Below are positions 17,953 through 27,464 of a DNA stretch of 64,000 nucleotides, in pieces. The DNA lies in assembly GCA_965218295.1 (NCBI GenBank), contig CBDCKN010000013.1:544001-608000 (forward strand), in the 5' to 3' direction. A program made the translations under genes and the position numbers. Positions within the stretch are counted from its first letter, which is position 1; each line of letters opens with the position of its first letter. Below the pieces are notes generated by a model. It did not search any database and was not told where the DNA came from. It was given only the letters and a program-made list of their open reading frames with translations. Source of the DNA: Longimicrobiales bacterium. GTDB taxonomy: Bacteria; Gemmatimonadota; Gemmatimonadetes; Longimicrobiales; Gaopeijiaceae.

Positions 17953-20210
17953 AGCGGGCTTGGAATGTGGCTCGACGAGAGATCGGGACCTTTTTCGACC
18001 ATCCCACCGCCTACATCCTGGTGGTGGCGTTCCTGAGCCTGGGGCTCTTCCTGACCTTCCGCACGCTGTACGCGGCGGGGATCGCCACCATGCGCCCCTT
18101 CTTCGACATGCTGCCCTGGCTCTTCGCCATCTTCATCCCGGCCATGACCATGCGCTCGCTGGCCGAGGAGCGGCGGAGCGGCACCCTGGAGTGGCTCCTG
18201 GCCCACCCCCTCGGTGAGGCCGAAGTCATCGCGGGCAAGTTCATCGGAAACTGGATCTTCGCGCTCATCGCGCTGGCGGGCAGCGTGCCCACGGCGGCCG
18301 GACTGCTCATGGTATCCGAGGCCGACGCCGGCATGATGGCGGCCCAGTACATCGGCGCCGGTCTGCTGGCGGCGCTGGGCGTAGCGGTGGGCCTTTGGGC
18401 CTCCAGTCTCACCCGGAACCAGATCACCGCGTTCATGGTGGCGGCGTCGGTGTCGTTCTTCCTGGTGCTGATCGGCACTCCGGTCGTTCTCATCGGCCTG
18501 CCACCCGCGTTGGGAGCCGCCGTCTCCCGCCTGTCCGTCATCGGGCACTTCACCAACGTGGCCCGGGGCGTGGTCGACCTGCGGGACATCATCTACTTCC
18601 TGTCCACCACGGCCCTGTTCCTGGTCTTGGCCACCGGTCTCTTGAGCCGAGAGCGTCTGGCGCTCGGCCGTGGGGCATACCGTCGCCTCCGGATCGGGAC
18701 CGCGGCCCTGGCGGCCGTGGTCGTCGTGGTGAACCTCTTGGGCGGCAACATCCGGGGACGCCTGGATCTGACGAGTGGTGGCCTCTACACCCTCTCCGAC
18801 GGAACCCGGGAGATCCTGGGCGAGCTGGACGACATCGTCACGCTCAAGCTGGTCGTCTCCGACGAGCTGCCCACCGAGCTGGTTCCCTCGCTACGGGACG
18901 TGCGAGACCTGGTGTCCGATCTGCGTCGGGCCGCGAGGGGACAGCTCATAGTAGAGAACCTGAACCCGGACGACGATGAAGACGTGGCCGCCGAGGCCCG
19001 AGCCCTCGGCGTCACACAAAACGAGTTCAACATCCTCCGGGACGACGAGTTCGAGGTCCGGCGCGGCTGGTTCGGCCTCGCCCTCCTGTACGCCGACGAG
19101 CGCGAGGTCATCCCCTACATCGCTCGGACCGACGACCTCGAGTTCCGCATCCTCTCGAGCATCTCTTCCATGACCACGGAGGTGAAGCCCAGGGTGACCT
19201 TCCTCACGGGCTTTGGGGCCGAGAGCGCGACCACGTATCCGTCACTCCGGCAAGGCCTGGTGGACCGGTACGAGATCGGGCGGGCCGACCTATCCGGCGA
19301 CACGATCCCGGAGCTGGATCCTGACACGCTGGATATCATCGTCCTGGCCGGGCCGGACCAGACCATGTCCGACGAGTCGATCCAGCGCGTGCGCTCGTAC
19401 GTCGAGGGGGGCGGAGCCGCCCTCCTCCTCCTGGACAACAACCAGGTCTCGCCCCAGTCACCCATCACGAGCCCGGTCAGCACAGGGCTGGAGGGCTTCC
19501 TGGAGGAGAACGGGATCCGGATGGATGCCGGGATGGCCATGGACTACAGCTCCAACTCGACCATCTCCATGGGCAGGCAAGGCATCTTCAACCTGGTGCG
19601 CCCCTACCCTCTCTGGCCCATCGCTTTCAAGGGAGATGACCACCCGACGACCCGGGATCTGAGCAACTTGACCGTGGGTTGGGCCACGGCCATCACGGTC
19701 ACCGACAGCGCGACCGTCCGAAGGCTCTGGGTCACCTCGGAGGCGGGGTACGTCCAGCCGTCGGGTGGAATGATCATGCCCGAGGCCCTGCCGGAGCCCG
19801 ATCCCGACGACCTGCGGACCGTGACGCTCGCCGTGGCCCTGGACGCGCGTGTGGCGGAAGACGGTGGAGCGGAAGACGGTGAAGCGGAAGACGGTGAAGC
19901 GGCCAAGATCGGCCGCATGATCGTGGTGGGGGACGTGGACTTCCTGCAGGAGCAGTTCATCCGCTCCAACCCGCAGAACCTGATCTTCGCCGCCAACGCC
20001 ATCGACTGGCTCGCCCAGGACGAGGCGCTCATCGGCATCCGCTCCAAGACGCGGACGCCGCCAGCCATGTCGTTCACGTCCGACTTCCAGAAGACGGCCC
20101 TGAAGTGGGGGAATCTGGTGGGCGTGCCGATGCTTTTCGTCCTGGCAGGCACGGTCCGTGTCACCGGTCGGCGACGCAGAGCCGAGGCACGCTGGGAGGA
20201 GATGACCTGA
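17949..20210 (+). CDS. ABC-2 permease fused to a Gldg-family domain (GldF-GldG-like)
   Basis: AEERRSGTLEWLL, RLDLT..LYTLS..T, NAIDWL; ATGA coupling. Confidence 0.88.
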   Translation: MKRAWNVARREIGTFFDHPTAYILVVAFLSLGLFLTFRTLYAAGIATMRPFFDMLPWLFAIFIPAMTMRSLAEERRSGTLEWLLAHPLGEAEVIAGKFIGNWIFALIALAGSVPTAAGLLMVSEADAGMMAAQYIGAGLLAALGVAVGLWASSLTRNQITAFMVAASVSFFLVLIGTPVVLIGLPPALGAAVSRLSVIGHFTNVARGVVDLRDIIYFLSTTALFLVLATGLLSRERLALGRGAYRRLRIGTAALAAVVVVVNLLGGNIRGRLDLTSGGLYTLSDGTREILGELDDIVTLKLVVSDELPTELVPSLRDVRDLVSDLRRAARGQLIVENLNPDDDEDVAAEARALGVTQNEFNILRDDEFEVRRGWFGLALLYADEREVIPYIARTDDLEFRILSSISSMTTEVKPRVTFLTGFGAESATTYPSLRQGLVDRYEIGRADLSGDTIPELDPDTLDIIVLAGPDQTMSDESIQRVRSYVEGGGAALLLLDNNQVSPQSPITSPVSTGLEGFLEENGIRMDAGMAMDYSSNSTISMGRQGIFNLVRPYPLWPIAFKGDDHPTTRDLSNLTVGWATAITVTDSATVRRLWVTSEAGYVQPSGGMIMPEALPEPDPDDLRTVTLAVALDARVAEDGGAEDGEAEDGEAAKIGRMIVVGDVDFLQEQFIRSNPQNLIFAANAIDWLAQDEALIGIRSKTRTPPAMSFTSDFQKTALKWGNLVGVPMLFVLAGTVRVTGRRRRAEARWEEMT
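19854..19898 (+). repeat. 15-bp tandem repeat x3 (AEDGG/AEDGE linker)
   Basis: GCGGAAGACGGTGRA three times. Confidence 0.9.
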
Positions 20211-21133
20211 TGAGTGAGCAAACCCTGAAGAGGATCCTGGTCACCCTCGGAGTGCTGGTGGTGCTCTGGGGCATCTCGTCCCTGTTGTCCGGCCGGGGTG
20301 GCGGGGGCACCTCTCGGGCAGACGACGGGGTGGCGGCGGCGCTGGAGGGCCTGGACGGCACCAACGTGGAGTCCGTGCACATCGACGGCCCCCTTGCCAC
20401 GCTGATCCTGGAGCGGAGCGCCGGCGCGTGGACCGTCAACGGCTACCCGGCGGACTCTTCCGCCGTCGACCGGCTCTGGGACGCCCTCGAGGGCTCGGAG
20501 GTGGGAGGCGTGGTGGCGACGAACCCGGCCAACCACGAGCGCATGGGGGTGTCGCCGGACAACGCCTGGACGGTGGAGCTGACGCGAGCCGGCGGTGGGA
20601 CTTCGTCCGTACTCATCGGAAAGAACGGGCCCACGTACCCCAGCACGTATGCGCGCCTTCCAGACCAGGACGTCGTCGTGGTGGTCTCCGGTGACCTCAG
20701 GTCGGCGGTGGCCCGAGGGCTCGTGGCCTGGCGAGACAAGACGGTCTTGCGCACGGACACGGCTGCCGTGGCCCGCGTTGTCATCGAGGCGGAAGGAGGC
20801 TCCCACACCCTGGAGCGCCCCGACAGCGTGTGGATGGTGAACGGTGAGGTCGCCGCCGCCATCGCCGTGGGCAACCTCATGCGAGAGCTCAACCTCCTTG
20901 TGGCTACCGGCTTCCTTGAGGACGGTGCGGCCACGGAGGAGAGTCCCATGCGGGTGACCGCCCTGAACGCGGCCGGCGATACCTTGAGCACGGTCCTCCT
21001 CACCGGTGAAGAAAGCACACGCTACGCCCGGGTACCGGGCAACGAGGTCGTGTTCGAGATTCCGAGCTGGCGAGTCGAGCGAATCGTCCCCGATCTGGAG
21101 CAGCTCCTACCGGAGGAGGGCGGGGGCCGCTGA
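20210..21133 (+). CDS. DUF4340-like membrane-anchored protein
   Basis: N-terminal TM, W.V...YPAD, WRDKTVL; usual third partner of GldA/FG modules. Confidence 0.75.
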   Translation: MSEQTLKRILVTLGVLVVLWGISSLLSGRGGGGTSRADDGVAAALEGLDGTNVESVHIDGPLATLILERSAGAWTVNGYPADSSAVDRLWDALEGSEVGGVVATNPANHERMGVSPDNAWTVELTRAGGGTSSVLIGKNGPTYPSTYARLPDQDVVVVVSGDLRSAVARGLVAWRDKTVLRTDTAAVARVVIEAEGGSHTLERPDSVWMVNGEVAAAIAVGNLMRELNLLVATGFLEDGAATEESPMRVTALNAAGDTLSTVLLTGEESTRYARVPGNEVVFEIPSWRVERIVPDLEQLLPEEGGGR

Positions 21134-21197
21134 TCCGCGGGATCTGCTCCGGCGGGTCCGTGTATTCCGAGATACATCCCCGGGCAGGCCGCCAACG

Positions 21198-23117
21198 ATG
21201 CTCGGGAACCCGTTACTCAGGAGAACGTCGGTGCTACGCTTCGCCACCCCACCCGGGGCACTGGTCCTATCCGCCGTACTGGTGGGACTCGTTCCCGCGA
21301 CCCCGTCCGGCTTGTCCGGCCAAGATGCGAATCCGGATTCCCTCAAGCTCCTGGCCAAGGCCAAGGAGGCCCAGGCCCGCTTCGAGCGATTCCGGGAGCA
21401 GCGGATCCCCCCCGAGCTGGCCGGATACGGAGGTGGCTGCGACGATCTCATCGGCCGTTTCTGCCTCCGCTTCGGGGACGGTGAGGACGAGGACGAGTGG
21501 CAGGTTCCGGAAGAGCCGGTGGAGTTCGGAATGGCCCGGATACGGGTCCTGGATGAGCTCGCCGAAGTCGGACAGGAGATCCCGGGTGATTCGTGGGTCC
21601 TGGGCCAGCGTGTCTACTACATGGGTGAGGTGGGCAGCTGGCGGCAGGCCGAAGCGCTGATCCGGCGCTGCAGCGGCGAGCAGTGGTGGTGCACCGCGCT
21701 CTTCGGGTACGTGACGCACGCCCAGGGCGACTGGGTCTTCGCCGCGGAGATCTTCGAGCGCGCCCTCGAGCAGATGCCCCCAGAGGAAGCGGTGCGCTTC
21801 CGCACGCCCACCTACCTCCTGGACCCCGGGGCCATGGAGGTCTACGAGGCGTCCGACGACAGGGACGCCATCGAGGATCGGCTCTGGCTCCTCTCCGACC
21901 CCCTCTACATGGTCGAAGGCAACGATCGCAGGACCGAGCAGTACGCTCGGCAGGTCCTCATCCGCATGCGAGGAGAGGCGGAGAACGCCTACGGGGTGGC
22001 GTGGGGGGACGACATCGAGCAGCTCACCCTCCGCTACGGGGCCGAGAAGGCGTGGGAGCGCGTACGAGCCCTCGTGGGACAAGGCCTTCAGGACACGCGC
22101 AGGATCGTGGGCCGGCATCATCCCAAGAGCCAGGAGTTCCTTCCCCCAAAGGAAGGCCTGGAGGATCCGGCAGAAGTGGCGCCGGGGGATTGGACGGTCG
22201 GAAAGATCCGCCCGTGGACCGGGTACGCTCCTCCGTACGCGCCGGACCTCGATCCACTCGAGACCCAGGTGGCGCGCTTCCGCCGGGGGGACTCGCTCCT
22301 GGTGGTAGGGGCCTTCGCGCCCGAGGTCGAGAACAAGCCCGAGGTCGACAGCCGCTGGAGAGCCCGGAATCCGCGGGGCGTCAACATGCGGGACCGACGT
22401 GCCGAGACGCGGGGCGATCGGCAGGCCAGGCTGAATCCCTTCGGACGGCGGGTGGAGGAGCCGCAGCCGTTCATGCCCGAGGAGCCCGAGGTGGAAGGAC
22501 CCGTCCAGTCGGGCCTCTTCCTCATCGACACCGACACCGGCGAGCGCCACGAGGTCCTGGGTGAAGGCCCCGAGGGCGCGTTCCAGCTCCAGGTGGACAA
22601 CGGTCGCTACATCGTCGGCGTGGAGGCGTTCAGTGCGGACGCCAAACAGGCGTGGCGGGACCGCCACGGGCTCTGGCAGGACGACATCGTACCGGGCCTG
22701 GCGGCCGTCTCGGACCTGTTGATCCTGAAGGGCGGCGGTGAGCTCCCTGAGTCGCTGGACGAGGCCCTCCCCACGGCCATGCCGGCCATCCGCATCCGCG
22801 CCGGTGAGGCGTTCAAGGTAGCGTGGGAGCTGTACGGGCTCCGCATCGGCGAGTCCGCCACCGTGCGCATCGGGGTGGACCAGGGCGGAGAAGGATTCCT
22901 ACGGGCCCTGGGGCAGTTCCTGCGCGTCCTGGAGCCCGACGCTCCGGTTGTCATGGCGTTCGAGGACGCGGGCCCCGACGTGCTCGGCACGGTCTTCCGC
23001 GCGGTCCAGCTGAACTTGCCAGACCTGGAGCCCGGAGAGTATGCCCTCACGGTAGAGATCGAGCTCTCCGGACGCGAGCCCATGGTCGTGGCACGGCCGA
23101 TCATCATCGTCCCATGA
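21198..23117 (+). CDS. Secreted hypothetical protein with a TPR-like N-terminal half
   Basis: Long GC3-rich ORF with a signal-like segment; start uncertain. Confidence 0.7.
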   Translation: MLGNPLLRRTSVLRFATPPGALVLSAVLVGLVPATPSGLSGQDANPDSLKLLAKAKEAQARFERFREQRIPPELAGYGGGCDDLIGRFCLRFGDGEDEDEWQVPEEPVEFGMARIRVLDELAEVGQEIPGDSWVLGQRVYYMGEVGSWRQAEALIRRCSGEQWWCTALFGYVTHAQGDWVFAAEIFERALEQMPPEEAVRFRTPTYLLDPGAMEVYEASDDRDAIEDRLWLLSDPLYMVEGNDRRTEQYARQVLIRMRGEAENAYGVAWGDDIEQLTLRYGAEKAWERVRALVGQGLQDTRRIVGRHHPKSQEFLPPKEGLEDPAEVAPGDWTVGKIRPWTGYAPPYAPDLDPLETQVARFRRGDSLLVVGAFAPEVENKPEVDSRWRARNPRGVNMRDRRAETRGDRQARLNPFGRRVEEPQPFMPEEPEVEGPVQSGLFLIDTDTGERHEVLGEGPEGAFQLQVDNGRYIVGVEAFSADAKQAWRDRHGLWQDDIVPGLAAVSDLLILKGGGELPESLDEALPTAMPAIRIRAGEAFKVAWELYGLRIGESATVRIGVDQGGEGFLRALGQFLRVLEPDAPVVMAFEDAGPDVLGTVFRAVQLNLPDLEPGEYALTVEIELSGREPMVVARPIIIVP

Positions 23118-23423
23118 CTTCATCACGCCCATGACGTAGGCCGTACCCTCACCGCACCCCGCCTTCCAAGCCGGCCGAGACCGCTCGATCACGAACCCCT
23201 CAGCCTCGTAGACGGCCTGGGCCCGCTCGTTGAAGTCGTAGACGTCGAGCCATAGGTGACTGGCCCCCAGATCTCCGAACGCCGCCTCCTTCACGAGGCG
23301 CATGGCGTCCTTGCCGTAGCCGCGCCCCTTGTCGGAGATGGCGATGCCCCGATGCCCGGAAAGGCCGACGCGAAGAGAAGGAGTGAGACGGCGAGGGGAA
23401 CAATGACCTTGAACTGCCCTCAT
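23115..23423 (-). pseudogene. Chimeric remnant: DMT/EamA N-terminus fused to GNAT C-terminus
   Basis: Removing one G gives MRQFKVIVPLAVSLLLFASAFPGI; then KGRGYG...LWLDVYDFNERAQAVYEAEGF. Confidence 0.6.
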
Positions 23424-23465
23424 GGCCGCTCCCCACCACCCTCCACGTCCCCGATCCGCCCGCCC

Positions 23466-23575
23466 CGATTGTATCGGTACATTATCCGGCTCCGATTGTC
23501 TCGATTGTCACAGTTCGATGACGATAAATGTTGACAAACGGTCTGTCAATACATACGATTGTCCCTATGACAATC
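23466..23575 (+). promoter_or_regulatory. Sigma70 promoter and probable MocR operator array
   Basis: TTGACA(23531)-17-TACGAT(23554); CGATTGT at 23466, 23493, 23502 and 23556; palindrome GATTGTC-N5-GACAATC at 23557-23575. Confidence 0.75.
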
Positions 23576-24964
23576 TGGAGACCACGGATCGAAGACGACG
23601 ACGGGCCGCGCTACCTGGCTATCGCCAACGCCATCGCTACTGACCTGGAATCCGGGGTCCTCACACCGGGCTCCCGCCTTCCCACCCACCGCAACCTGGC
23701 CGACTTCCTGGGGGTGACGGTAGGGACGGTGACGCGAGGCTATTCGGAAGCCGAGCGGAGGGGCCTGACAGTGGGTGAGGTGGGGCGAGGCACCTTCGTC
23801 CGCAGCCGCGAGGTCGAGGAGTACGGCTGGGCGGCGGCCCAGCCGGGCGAGGCCGGCCGGGTCATCGACCTGAGCCTCGCCTGCCCGTGGACCGCTCCGG
23901 GCGAAGGAGAGCTCCTGGCCGAGACACTACGGCAGATCACCCGTGAGGCCGACATGGTCGAGCTCCTCCAGTACCACCCCGACAGCGCCACGTTGCGGCA
24001 TCGAGCGGCAGCCGCGTCGTGGATCGAGCGTACTGGGATGGAGGCTCCGCCCGAGCGGATCATCGTCACCGCCGGCGCTCAGCACGCCATGACCGTACTC
24101 TTCTCCGCCCTGCTGCGCCCAGGCGATATCATCCTCACCGGCCAGCTCACCTACCCCGGGATGAAGGCCCTCGCCCAGATGCTCGGGCTCCGCATCCGTG
24201 GCGTGGCGCTGGACGAGGAGGGCATTCGCCCCGACGCCCTGGAAGAGGCCTGCCACGACGGCTCACCCGCCGCCCTCTACTGTGTCCCCACCCTCCAGAA
24301 CCCGACGTGCGGGGTCATGTCCGAGGAGCGGCGGCGGCAGCTCGCGAAAGTAGCCAAGCGGCATGACCTGGTGGTGGTGGAGGACCACGTCCACGCTCAT
24401 ATGGTGGACGACGAACCCCCTCCCCTCAGCGTCTTCGCCCCTGAGCGGACGATCCACCTGAGTACGATCTCCAAGTCGGTGACTTTCGGACTCCGCACAG
24501 GCTTCGTTCTCGCTCCCGACCATCTGGTCGAGCGGATCCGCGCCGGAGTGCGCTCCACCATCTGGATGCCGCCCCCCCTCATGGCCGAGGTGACCACGCG
24601 CTGGCTGTCCGACGGCACCGCAGACCGCATCGCGGCCATGAAGCGAGAGGAGCTCCAGGCTCGCACCGCCATCGTCCGTGAGGTCCTCGGCGACCGCTAC
24701 GACCTGAGAGGCACGGACTCATCCATCCACTTCTGGCTCCAGCTTCCCGAGCCGTGGCGGAGTGACGAGTGCGTGGCGCAAGCACGCCAGCGGGGCGTCC
24801 TGGTGGCCGGCGCAGAGGCGTTCGCGGTGGGACGGCGGGACGTGCCCCACGCGGTGCGGGTATGCATCGCAAGTGTCCCCCGCCGAGAGGATCTGAGGCG
24901 CGGGCTCGAGATCCTAGGCGAGGTGCTTGAGGGCTGCTCCGACCCCTGCGTCGACATCCTGTGA
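23567..24964 (+). CDS. MocR/GabR-family regulator (GntR HTH plus PLP aminotransferase domain)
   Basis: LPTHRNLA..VTVGTVTRGY..GRGTFV; PTLQNPT; STISKS; GLRTG. Confidence 0.93.
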   Translation: MTIWRPRIEDDDGPRYLAIANAIATDLESGVLTPGSRLPTHRNLADFLGVTVGTVTRGYSEAERRGLTVGEVGRGTFVRSREVEEYGWAAAQPGEAGRVIDLSLACPWTAPGEGELLAETLRQITREADMVELLQYHPDSATLRHRAAAASWIERTGMEAPPERIIVTAGAQHAMTVLFSALLRPGDIILTGQLTYPGMKALAQMLGLRIRGVALDEEGIRPDALEEACHDGSPAALYCVPTLQNPTCGVMSEERRRQLAKVAKRHDLVVVEDHVHAHMVDDEPPPLSVFAPERTIHLSTISKSVTFGLRTGFVLAPDHLVERIRAGVRSTIWMPPPLMAEVTTRWLSDGTADRIAAMKREELQARTAIVREVLGDRYDLRGTDSSIHFWLQLPEPWRSDECVAQARQRGVLVAGAEAFAVGRRDVPHAVRVCIASVPRREDLRRGLEILGEVLEGCSDPCVDIL

Positions 24965-25019
24965 TGCCGCGTCCTGCGATGTCGCATCCTGCCCTGGCCC
25001 GCGCCCCCAGGAAGTAGTG

Positions 25020-25526
25020 ATGGAGATTCAAGACATCGACGAGTTCCTGGGATACCTGGAAAGGGTACGCCAGCGCACAGAGAGCGTGGTGCTCTGTATC
25101 ACCGAGGCGAGCCTCGAGTGGAGCCCCGGAATGGGGTCCTTCACCCCGGGCGATTTCGTGCGGCACATTGCGGGGACCGAGCGCTGGATCTGGGCCGAGA
25201 ACGTCATGGGGCGAGCGAGCCGGTACCCGGGCCACGGCCCGGAGCTGGCCACGGGGCTCGACGCTGTCATCCAGTACTTGAACAGCCTGCACGCCGAGGC
25301 GGTCGAGATCTTCCGCACGCTCACGCCGGGGCAGCTTCAGGCCAAGTGCCCAACCGTAGGGGGCATCGAGCTCAGGACCTGGAAGTGGCTCCGAGCCATG
25401 GTGGAGCACGAGATCCACCATCGCGGGCAGCTCTATACCACCCTCAGGCTCGCCGAAGTGGAGACACCCTCGCTCTATGGCCTGACCGAGCCGCAGGTGC
25501 TGGAGCGCAGCCGGCCGGCCGAGTGA
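25020..25526 (+). CDS. DinB family protein
   Basis: VRHIA and EHEIHHRGQL His triad. Confidence 0.9.
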   Translation: MEIQDIDEFLGYLERVRQRTESVVLCITEASLEWSPGMGSFTPGDFVRHIAGTERWIWAENVMGRASRYPGHGPELATGLDAVIQYLNSLHAEAVEIFRTLTPGQLQAKCPTVGGIELRTWKWLRAMVEHEIHHRGQLYTTLRLAEVETPSLYGLTEPQVLERSRPAE

Positions 25527-25569
25527 CATTGGATGACAACGAACGAGTGATCAGTGGAGGTGGATGATG

Positions 25570-25700
25570 CGGTGGTTCACCCCAGGCTCAAGCAGCCCAT
25601 GAGCATGGCCGACCTGTTCTTCTTCATCGCTGAGCACGACGACCATCACCTGGCTCGCATCCGAGAAGTCGGCAGCCTCCAGCGGGAGGTGGGCGCATGA
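25570..25700 (+). pseudogene. C-terminal remnant of a second DinB-family gene
   Basis: HPRLKQPMSMADLFFFIAEHDDHHLARI...*; stop coupled to the next ATG. Confidence 0.7.
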
Positions 25701-26386
25701 GCATCGGAGCGCACAGGGAAAGCTGGATCCGACCCGTCATCGTGGAAGGGGAGCTCGTGCGCCTGGTCCCGCTCCGAGCCGAGCACGCGGCGGAGCTCTG
25801 GAAGGTGGGCCAGGACCCGGACATCTGGCGCTGGATGCCCTGGACCATGGAGGCGGAGTCGGACTTCGAGAGGCAGGTCGCCGGCTTACTCGAGTGGGCG
25901 GAGACCAACTTCGGACAGAGCTACGTCATCGAGGTTCTTGACGGCAGTGGCATCGTGGGAAGCACCTCGTACCTCAACGCCGACCGGGCCAACCGCAGGG
26001 TAGAGATCGGAGCGACCTGGATCACTCCGGCGTGGCAGCGCACCCGCGTCAACACCGCGTGCAAGCTGCTCCTCTTGCGGCATGCCTTCGAGGAGTTACA
26101 GGCGAATCGGGTCGAGTTCAAGACCGACTCCATGAACGTGCGCTCGCGTGCGGCCATCGCCAGGATCGGGGCCCGCGAGGAGGGTACTCTGCGGAATCAC
26201 ATGGTGCGGCCCGACGGATCCGTGCGACACAGCACCTACTTCGGTGTCACCGTCGAGGAGTGGCCCAGAATTCAGGAGCACCTGCGCCGACTGCTGACGG
26301 CGTACGACAGTCCCCTCCCGGCCTGCGGTACTACCAGGCCTGGACGATGGCACGAATCCAGTCGGAGAGCACCACCAGATCCCTGA
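25697..26386 (+). CDS. GNAT acetyltransferase (RimJ/RimL-like)
   Basis: VEIGATW, NTACKLLLL, RVEFKTD..N.RSRAAI..IGA..EG. Confidence 0.9.
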   Translation: MSIGAHRESWIRPVIVEGELVRLVPLRAEHAAELWKVGQDPDIWRWMPWTMEAESDFERQVAGLLEWAETNFGQSYVIEVLDGSGIVGSTSYLNADRANRRVEIGATWITPAWQRTRVNTACKLLLLRHAFEELQANRVEFKTDSMNVRSRAAIARIGAREEGTLRNHMVRPDGSVRHSTYFGVTVEEWPRIQEHLRRLLTAYDSPLPACGTTRPGRWHESSRRAPPDP

Positions 26387-27464
26387 GGTCGATGACCTCC
26401 ACAGGAGAGTGCGAGTAGCGGAGCGGCCAGCCTAACGGAATGTCCACGACGCCCCAAGGGGCCCACGCCGAGCCGTCGTTCCCCCCGTTGGTGGTGCCGA
26501 CCTGGAGCGGCAGGCCGCGGGCCCGGCCCACCGCCAGGAGCGAATCGAGGACCCCCGGCGGAGTAACTGACGAATTATCTACGGCCCGGGCCACCGGCCC
26601 CTTGCCGATGGGCGCCACGGCGAAGTTCTGGGGATCGATGGGCGTGTCCGCTGAGACGAAGGTGTCCACGGGATAGACACGATGGGCTTCGAAGCCGAGA
26701 GTGCGGGCGGCGTAGGCGCTTCCCACGAGGCCGATCTCCTCCTCCACCACCCACAGGAACACGAACTCGTGTTGGGCGGTGGCTGGATCCAACTCTTGGA
26801 GCGCCAGGATCTGGGCCGTCGAGCCCACCCGATCGTCGAAGGAGCGGCCCGTCACCCGGGTTCCGGCGAGGCGCACGAACTCCTTGGGGTTGGTGACCGT
26901 CTGGCCGACCTCGATGCCCAGGGCTTCCGCTTCGGCCCGGGATCGGGCGCCTACGTCCACCCTGGTCGGACCGGGGGGGATGGTGCGCCGGGGCTCGCTG
27001 GTGAATTCCCGAGGGACGAATACGCCGTTGATGGGGTCGTCTTCCCTGTGGACGATGGCTGGAGTGCCCTCCCAGAGCCACGGAAGGAATCCGCCCCTTT
27101 CCCTCACCGTGAGCAAGCCGTCTTCACCGATCTCCGTGACCTGGAATCCGGTCTCGTCCATGTGGGCCACGAACACCGACACTGGCTCGCCGTGACCCAC
27201 CCGAACCCAGACATTACCAGCAGAATCCACCTCGGGATCGGCCCAGTCGGGTAGGTTGTCGAGGACGGCCTTTCGGACCTCACCTTCGTCGCCCGAGACG
27301 CCGTACGTCTCGACGAGCTCTTCCAGGAGTCGAGCCGCCTTCTCGATGCGCTCCGGGGTCACCTGACCATGGAGCGGCCCGGCCAAAAGGGCGAGAATGA
27401 GTGGGGGGGCCCCCACCGCCCATCGTCCCATGGACCCGCCCGTCATCCGCCACCTCGGATCCAT
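26331..27464 (-). CDS. M42 family metallopeptidase with signal peptide
   Basis: AHMDE, SFDDR, VEEEIG, PVD and YSHSP metal ligands. Confidence 0.9.
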   Translation of the reverse strand: MDPRWRMTGGSMGRWAVGAPPLILALLAGPLHGQVTPERIEKAARLLEELVETYGVSGDEGEVRKAVLDNLPDWADPEVDSAGNVWVRVGHGEPVSVFVAHMDETGFQVTEIGEDGLLTVRERGGFLPWLWEGTPAIVHREDDPINGVFVPREFTSEPRRTIPPGPTRVDVGARSRAEAEALGIEVGQTVTNPKEFVRLAGTRVTGRSFDDRVGSTAQILALQELDPATAQHEFVFLWVVEEEIGLVGSAYAARTLGFEAHRVYPVDTFVSADTPIDPQNFAVAPIGKGPVARAVDNSSVTPPGVLDSLLAVGRARGLPLQVGTTNGGNDGSAWAPWGVVDIPLGWPLRYSHSPVEVIDLRDLVVLSDWIRAIVQAW

